DNA of 64,000 nt from Eledone cirrhosa (Eukaryota): contig OZ024745.1 in the NCBI GenBank assembly GCA_964016885.1, forward strand, positions 27,218,001 to 27,282,000. The letters are read 5' to 3'. Below are positions 55,673 to 64,000 of this stretch, piece by piece. Below the pieces are notes generated by a model that worked only from the letters and a program-made list of their open reading frames with translations, did no database searches and had not been told where the DNA came from. Position 1 is the stretch's first letter. Each line of letters starts with the position of its first letter. The position numbers were made by a program, and so were the translations under genes.

Positions 55673-56060
55673 TCTTTATATATATAAAAGCGAGGATGTG
55701 TGTGTGTCTGTGTACAACTTTGGATACCTAAGGCTTTTACAATTACCAAATTTGACCAAATTTTCTGTGCACGTTGCATAGGTCGCTAAGATGGTCACAT
55801 CACAGAAATTTTTCCAATCGACCCACGTTGAGCAATAAAAAATCGATATCTAAATTATCGGTAGCAAAATTGATGTAAGGGAGATAACCAACTTTATTGA
55901 CAATCCTTATTTAAAAAGGGAGATAACCAACTTTATTGACAATCATTATAAAGAGACTGCTTATTTTGACAGGTTGGGGACAAATAATGATCTTTTACTT
56001 CCTAGCTGTATATTCTTAGCATAATTTAAAACCCCGAGCAACGCCGGGTAAATCTGCTAG
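55673..56060 (+). mobile_element. Non-autonomous Helitron
   Basis: A|TCTTTATATATAAAAG start, subterminal hairpin CCCGAGCAACGCCGGG, CTAG|T end, no TSD. Confidence 0.8.
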
Positions 56061-56727
56061 TACTTGATAAAACTATATAACAATATATGTATGTATGGAC
56101 CCGTAACTCCTGGGTGAGTCGTAAGAGGGTCATATTGACATACGAGGTTTCTAGGGCATGTTTTAAAACCTGACGGAGCCCATCTCCTCTCCAGATCTGA
56201 ATACAGCAGATTCGTTCGAGATAAGGATAGAGAGCAAGAGAGAGAGGAAGTAAGAAAGAGATATAGAGGAAAAATCGACTCTAGTACGAGACTGGAACAT
56301 TTTTATTGACCTTGATAGAATGAAAAGTAAAGTTGATTTCGGTGGGATTTGAACTCAGAGAGCCGGAATGAATACTGGAAAGTATTCTATCCGACGTCCT
56401 AACGACTATGCAGAGTCACCACCCACATAACTAAATATAGCTTTAGCTATTATCATTGTAGTGAATTTGCGTTTGGGTTTCAACAATTCTAATTGCAAAT
56501 CTTCCAAACACCTCGATAAATTGTAAAATTAATTTAAATTTCAAAGTTTTCCTATTTTATTCAATTTATTTATTTTTATAGATTTCTCTGATGTTATGTA
56601 AGATTTAAAAGTCTAATGGCCGTCGTTATAATATGTACCATGTTTCCATTTAGGGTTTTGGTTGGCCAGGTAGTCGAAAGTCAACAAAAACACCCTCTCG
56701 ACTCTCCAATTCTTTTATAATAATAAT

Positions 56728-56998
56728 AATTGTTTCTACATTTGGCACAAGGCCAGCAATTACTCAGTACATTACTGGTACTTTAATTTATCGACCCCGT
56801 AAGGATGAAAGGCAAAGTGAACCTCGACGCGATTTGAACTCACACCGTAAATGGACATAACTATGCTAGAAAGCATGGTTACAACCCTTTACGGTCTGAG
56901 TTCAAATAATAATAATTGTTTCTACTTTTGGCACAAGGCCAGCAATTACCCAGTGCATTACTGGTACTTTATTTTATCGACCCCGTAAGGATGAAAGT
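56728..56998 (-). mobile_element. Two truncated SINE B copies
   Basis: Family B consensus match with (AAT)n spacers. Confidence 0.75.
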
Positions 56999-57002
56999 TC
57001 AA

Positions 57003-57440
57003 ATAATAATAATAATAATAATGAAACTATTGGGTACAGTGCTCAGGTGCACTACAACTCATCAAAGGTGCATGTATAGTACATAGAACAATGTACAAAT
57101 GTCAGGAAAGTGAACAGTGTACGAGTCATGATATACACGTGTGTGTGTGTATGAAGGGGGGGGGGTATCAGGTGTAGTGTTGGCGAATTTCAGGAAGCAT
57201 GGAAGTTTTAAAGGATGCAGTGTCCCAACAGCTAACAACTGATGCAGGTAGTTTGTTCCATGCTTCAGCAACTCCGAGCGTGAAAAAATGTTTCCGAAAG
57301 TCATGGGAACTGTGCTGTTTTCTGACTTTGTAGGCATGCCCACGTGTGTTAGACACATGGAAATCAAAAAGGTGCTCAGGGTTGTTTTTGGCAAGATGGT
57401 TAATAATTTTGTGGGTGTTTACCAATTCAGTTGCCTGACG
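57003..57440 (-). mobile_element. CR1-clade LINE 3' end
   Basis: NTRGHAYKVRKQHSSHDFRKHFFTLGVAEAWNKLPASVVSCWDTASFK (classic CR1 C-terminus), 3' UTR and (ATT)n tail. Confidence 0.85.
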
Positions 57441-57740
57441 TCAGAGCTTCAATGTAAGTTTCTTAACTTGCGGATCATCCAGAATGTTACAACTAGAAGA
57501 GAGGACTGCACGAACTCTCGACTGATTTCATTTATCTGGAAGGATCATAGGCAAAAATCTACTTCAACGGGATTGGGATTTGGACTTAGAACACAGAGAA
57601 AATTTTGCAACGCATTCTATCTAACATTCTATTAATTCTGTCAATTGACTGATTACGTCAGATTTAGATTAATTAAATCAATATAACAAACATTATACCT
57701 AAAATAGATTAATAAATGTATAAATATCAGTCATTATATT

Positions 57741-60700
57741 GACTGTTACACTAACGCAGTGTTTCACAGATGGTCTCAGAACTCTGGTTACACTAACGCA
57801 GTGTTTCACAGATGGTCTCAGAACTCTGGTTACACGAACGCAGTGTTTCACAGATGGTCTCAGAACTCTAGACACACTAAAGCAGTGTTTCACAGATGGT
57901 CTCAGAACTCTGGTTACACTAACACAGTGTTTCACAGATGGTCTAAGAACTCTGGTTACACTAACACAGTGTTTCACAGATGGTCTCAGAACTCTAGTCA
58001 CACTAAAGCAGTGTTTCACAGATGGTCTCAGAACTCTGGTTACACTAACACAGTGTTTCACAGATGGTCTCAGAACTCTGGTTACTCAAACACAGTGTTT
58101 CACAGATGGTCTCAGAACTCTGGTTACACTAACGCAGTGTTTCACAGATGGTCTCAGAACTCTGGTTACACTAACACAGTGTTTCACAGATGGTCTTAGA
58201 ACTCTGGTTACACTAACGCAGTGTTTCACAGATGGTCTCAGAACTCTGGTTACTCTAACACAGTGTTTCACAGATGGTCTCAGAACTCTGGTCACACTAA
58301 CACAGTGTTTCACAGATGGTCTTAGAACTCTGGTTACACTAACGCAGTGTTTCACAGATGGTCTCAGAACTCTGGTTACTCTAACACAGTGTTTCACAGA
58401 TGGTCTCAGAACTCTGGTTACACTAACACAGTGTTTCACAGATGGTCTTAGAACTCTGGTTACACTAACGCAGTGTTTCACAGATAGTCTCAGAACTCTA
58501 GTCACACTAACACAGTGTTTCACAGATGGTCTCAGAACTCTGGTTACTCTAACACAGTGTTTCACAGATGGTCTCAGAACTCTGGTTACTCTAACACAGT
58601 GTTTCACAGATGGTCTCAGAACTCTGGTTACACTAACACAGTGTTTCACAGATGGTCTCAGAACTCTGGTTACACTAACACAGTGTTTCACAGATGGTCT
58701 CAGAACTCTGGTTACACTAACACAGTGTTTCACAGATGGTCTCAGAACTCTGGTTACACTAACGCAGTGTTTCACAGATGGTCTCAGAACTCTGGTTACA
58801 CTAAAGCAGTGTTTCACAGATGGTCTCAGAACTCTGGTTACTCTAAAGCAGTGTTTCCCAGATGGTCTCAGAACTCTGGTTACTCTAACACAGTGTTTCA
58901 CAGATGGTCTCAGAACTCTGGTTACTCTAAAGCAGTGTTTCACAGATGGTCTCAGAACTCTGGTTACTCTAAAGCAGTGTTTCCCAGATGGTCTCAGAAC
59001 TCTGGTTACACTCACACAGTGTTTCACAGATGGTCTCAGAACTCTACACACTAAAACAGTGTTTCACAGATGGTCTCAGAACTCTGGTTACTCTAAAGCA
59101 GTGTTTCACAGATGGTCTCAGAACTCTGGTTACTCTAAAGCAGTGTTTCCCAGATGGTCTCAGAACTCTGGTTACACTAACACAGTGTTTCACAGATGGT
59201 CTCAGAACTCTGGTTACACTAACACAGTGTTTCACAGATGGTCTTAGAACTCTGGTTACTCTAAAGCAGTGTTTCACAGATGGTCTCAGAACTCTGGTTA
59301 CACTAACACAGTGTTTCACAGATGGTCTCAGAACACTGATTACTCTAACACAGTGTTTCACAGATGGTCTCAGAACTCTAGTTACTCTAAAGCAGTGTTT
59401 CACAGATGGTCTCAGAACTCTGGTTACTCTAAAGCAGTGTTTCCCAGATGGTCTCAGAACTCTGGTTACTCTAACACAGTGTTTCACAGATGGTCTCAGA
59501 ACTCTGGTTACACTAACACAGTGTTTCACAGATGGTCTCAGAACTCTGGTTACACTAACACAGTGTTTCACAGATGGTCTTAGAACTCTGGTTACTCTAA
59601 AGCAGTGTTTCCCAGATGGTCTCAGAACTCTGGTTACACTCACACAGTGTTTCACAGATGGTCTCAGAACTCTACACACTAAAACAGTGTTTCACAGATG
59701 GTCTCAGAACTCTGGTTACTCTAAAGCAGTGTTTCACAGATGGTCTCAGAACTCTGGTTACTCTAAAGCAGTGTTTCCCAGATGGTCTCAGAACTCTGGT
59801 TACACTAACACAGTGTTTCACAGATGGTCTCAGAACTCTGGTTACACTAACACAGTGTTTCACAGATGGTCTTAGAACTCTGGTTACTCTAAAGCAGTGT
59901 TTCACAGATGGTCTCAGAACTCTGGTTACACTAACACAGTGTTTCACAGATGGTCTCAGAACACTGATTACTCTAACACAGTGTTTCACAGATGGTCTCA
60001 GAACTCTGGTTACTCTAAAGCAGTGTTTCACAGATGGTCTCAGAACTCTGGTTACTCTAAAGCAGTGTTTCCCAGATGGTCTCAGAACTCTGGTTACTCT
60101 AACACAGTGTTTCACAGATGGTCTCAGAACTCTGGTTACACTAACACAGTGTTTCACAGATGGTCTCAGAACTCTGGTTACACTAACACAGTGTTTCACA
60201 GATGGTCTTAGAACTCTGGTTACTCTAAAGCAGTGTTTCACAGATGGTCTCAGAACTCTGGTTACACTAACACGGTGTTTCACAGATGGTCTTAGAACTC
60301 TGGTTACACTAACACAGTGTTTCACAGATGGACTCAGAACTCTGGTTACACTAACACAGTGTTTCACAGATGGTCTTAGAACTCTGGTTACACTAACACA
60401 GTGTTTCACAGATGGTCTCAGAACTCTGGTTACACTAACACAGTGTTTCACAGATGGTCTCAGAACTCTGGTTACACTAACACAGTGTTTCACAGATGGT
60501 CTTAGAACTCTGGTTACACTAACACAGTGTTTCACAGATGGTCTCAGAACTCTGGTTACACTAACACAGTGTTTCACAGATGGTCTTAGAACTCTGGTTA
60601 CACTAACACAGTGTTTCACAGATGGTCTTAGAACTCTGGTTACACTAACACAGTGTTTCACAGATGGTCTCAGATCTCTGGTTACACTAACATAGTGTTT

Positions 60701-63700
60701 CATAGATGGTCTCAGAACTCTGGTCACACTAACGCAGTGTTTCACAGATGGTCTCAGAACTCTGGTCACACTAACGCAGTATTTCACAGATTGTCTTAGA
60801 ACTCTGGTTACTCTAAAGCAGTGTTTCACAGATGCTCTTAGAACTCTGGTTACACTAACACAGTGTTTCACAGATGATCTCAGAACTCTACACACTAAAA
60901 CAGTGTTTCACAGATGGTCTCAGAACTCTGGTTACTCTAAAGCAGTGTTTCACAGATGGTCTCAGAACTCTGGTTACACTAACGCAGTGTTTCACAGATG
61001 GTCTCAGAACTCTGGTTACACTAAAGCAGTGTTTCACAGATGGTCTCAGAACTCTGGTTACTCTAAAGCAGTGTTTCACAGATGGTCTCAGAACTCTGAT
61101 TACTCTAACACAGTGTTTCACAGATGGTCTCAGAACTCTGGTTACTCTAAAGCAGTGTTTCACAGATGGTCTCAGAACTCTGGTTACTCAAACACAGTGT
61201 TTCACAGATGGTCTCAGAACTCTGGTTATTCTAAAGCAGTGTTTCACAGATGGTCTCAGAACTCTGGTTACTCAAACACAGTGTTTCACAGATGGTCTCA
61301 GAACTCTGGTTACACTAACGCAGTGTTTCACAGATGGTCTCAGAACTCTGGTTACACTAACACAGTGTTTCACAGATGGTCTTAGAACTCTGGTTACACT
61401 AACGCAGTGTTTCACAGATGGTCTCAGAACTCTGGTTACTCTAACACAGTGTTTCACAGATGGTCTCAGAACTCTGGTCACACTAACACAGTGTTTCACA
61501 GATGGTCTTAGAACTCTGGTTACACTAACGCAGTGTTTCACAGATGGTCTCAGAACTCTGGTTACTCTAACACAGTGTTTCACAGATGGTCTCAGAACTC
61601 TGGTTACACTAACACAGTGTTTCACAGATGGTCTTAGAACTCTGGTTACACTAACACAGTGTTTCACAGATGGTCTTAGAACTCTGGTTACACTAACACA
61701 GTGTTTCACAGATGGTCTCAGATCTCTGGGTACACTAACACAGTGTTTCATAGATGGTCTCAGCACTCAGGTCACACTAACGCAGTGTTTCACAGATGGT
61801 CTCAGAACTCTGGTCACACTAACGCAGTATTTCACAGATGGTCTTAGAACTCTGGTTACTCTAAAGCAGTGTTTCACAGATGGTCTCAGAACTCTGGTTA
61901 CACTAACACAGTGTTTCACAGATGGTCTCAGAACTCTGGTTACACTAACGCAGTGTTTCACAGATGGTCTCAGAACTCTGGTTACACTAACACAGTGTTT
62001 CACAGATGGTCTCAGAACTCTGGTTACTCTAAAGCAGTGTTTCATAGATGGTCTCAGAACTCTGGTTACACTAACGCAGTGTTTCACAGATGGTCTCAGA
62101 ACTCATGGGTCCACTAACACAGTGTTTCACAGATGGTCTTAGGACTCTGGTTACTCTAAAGCAGTGTTTCACAGATGGTCCCAGAACTCTGGTTACACTA
62201 ACGCAGTGTTTCACAGATGCTCTTAGAACTCTGGTTACACTAACACAGTGTTTCACAGATGGTCTCAGAACTCTACACACTAAAACAGTGTTTCACAGAT
62301 GGTCTCAGAACTCTGGTTAATCTAAAGCAGTGTTTCCCAGATGGTCTCAGAACTCTGGTTACACTAACACAGTGTTTCACAGATGGTCTCAGAACTCTGG
62401 TTACACTAACACAGTGTTTCACAGATGGTCTCAGAACACTGATTACTCTAACACAGTGTTTCACAGATGGTCTCAGAACTCTGGTTACTCTAAAGCAGTG
62501 TTTCACAGATGGTCTCAGAACTCTGGTTACTCTAAAGCAGTGTTTCCCAGATGGTCTCAGAACTCTGGTTACTCTAACACAGTGTTTCACAGATGGTCTC
62601 AGAACTCTGGTTACACTAACACAGTGTTTCACAGATGGTCTCAGAACTCTGGTTACACTAACACAGTGTTTCACAGATGGTCTTAGAACTCTGGTTACTC
62701 TAAAGCAGTGTTTCCCAGATGGTCTCAGAACTCTGGTTACACTCACACAGTGTTTCACAGATGGTCTCAGAACTCTACACACTAAAACAGTGTTTCACAG
62801 ATGGTCTCAGAACTCTGGTTACTCTAAAGCAGTGTTTCACAGATGGTCTCAGAACTCTGGTTACTCTAAAGCAGTGTTTCCCAGATGGTCTCAGAACTCT
62901 GGTTACACTAACACAGTGTTTCCCAGATGGTCTCAGAACTCTGGTTACACTAACACAGTGTTTCACAGATGGTCTCAGAACTCTGGTTACACTAACGCAG
63001 TGTTTCACAGATGGTCTCAGAACTCTGGTTACACTAAAGCAGTGTTTCACAGATGGTCTCAGAACTCTGGTTACTCTAAAGCAGTGTTTCACAGATGGTC
63101 TCAGAACTCTGATTACTCTAACACAGTGTTTCACAGATAGTCTCAGAACTCTGGTTACTCTAAAGCAGTGTTTCACAGATGGTCTCAGAACTCTGGTTAC
63201 TCAAACACAGTGTTTCACAGATGGTCTCAGAACTCTGGTTACACTAACGCAGTGTTTCACAGATGGTCTCAGAACTCTGGTTACACTAACACAGTGTTTC
63301 ACAGATGGTGTTAGAACTCTGGTTACACTAACGCAGTGTTTCACAGATGGTCTCAGAACTCTGGTTACTCTAACACAGTGTTTCACAGATGGTCTCAGAA
63401 CTCTGGTCACACTAACACAGTGTTTCACAGATGGTCTTAGAACTCTGGTTACACTAACACAGTGTTTCACAGATGGTCTCAGAACTCTGGTTACACTAAC
63501 ACAGTGTTTCACAGATGGTCTTAGAACTCTGTTTACACTAACACAGTGTTTCACAGATGGTCTCAGATCTCTGGTTACACTAACACAGTGTTTCATAGAT
63601 GGTCTCAGAACTCTGGTCACACTAACGCAGTGTTTCACAGATGGTCTCAGAACTCTGGTTACTCTAAAGCAGTGTTTCACAGATGGTCTCAGAACTCTGG

Positions 63701-64000
63701 TTACTCTAAAGCAGTGTTTCCCAGATGGTCTCAGAACTCTGGTTACACTAAAGCAGTGTTTCACAGAGGGTCTCAGAACTCTGGTTACACTAACACAGTG
63801 TTTCACAGATGGTCTCAGAACTCTGGTTACACTCACACAGTGTTTCACAGATGGTCTCAGAGCTCCTATCACACTAAAGCAGTGTTTCACAGATGGTCTT
63901 AGAACTCTGGTTACTCTAAAGCAGTGTTTCACAGATGGTCACAGAACTCTGGTTACACTAACACAGTGTTTCACAGATGGTCTTAGAACTCTGGTTACAC
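57741..64000. repeat. 42-bp satellite array, >6.2 kb (about 150 copies), running off the window
   Basis: Unit actctggttacactaacacagtgtttcacagatggtctcaga, with occasional 40-bp variants. Confidence 0.97.

Noticed and set aside
57741-64000. CRISPR-like array, or repeat-protein ORFs (TLVTLTQCFTDGLR)n
   Set aside because: There are no unique spacers and no cas genes, and the context is eukaryotic. The unit length is divisible by 3, so several frames on both strands are open.
57741-64000. RAG heptamer CACAGTG in many units
   Set aside because: No ACAAAAACC-like nonamer at 12- or 23-bp spacing.

Overview
AT-rich, repeat-dense eukaryotic (metazoan) genomic DNA. The SINE families and microsatellite load resemble an octopus/coleoid cephalopod genome, but this is recognition, not a database result. 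The only host gene I can support is CLYBL (citramalyl-CoA lyase / citrate lyase beta-like), seen as two minus-strand coding exons at the left edge. The rest is a degenerating tRNA-Leu cluster, tRNA-derived SINEs, LINE fragments (RTE/RTE-X, CR1, R4/Dong-like, Tx1-like), Penelope-like GIY-YIG remnants, MITEs (hAT, piggyBac, mariner), a non-autonomous Helitron, a solo LTR and large satellites (5-, 31-, 42-, 66-bp and ACC-triplet). Almost all ORFs in the supplied track are repeat artefacts. The most interesting signal is RNA structure. A young ~2.4-kb tandem-plus-inverted array of 581/595-bp units (22574-24992) carries, in each full unit, a type I hammerhead ribozyme fold with a variant U3-A8 core (UUGAUAA), a long stem II and a palindromic stem III, i.e. 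a retrozyme/Penelope-pLTR-like element. About ten further dispersed hammerhead motifs occur, two with the same U3-A8 core. All folds were made by eye and repeat boundaries are approximate.
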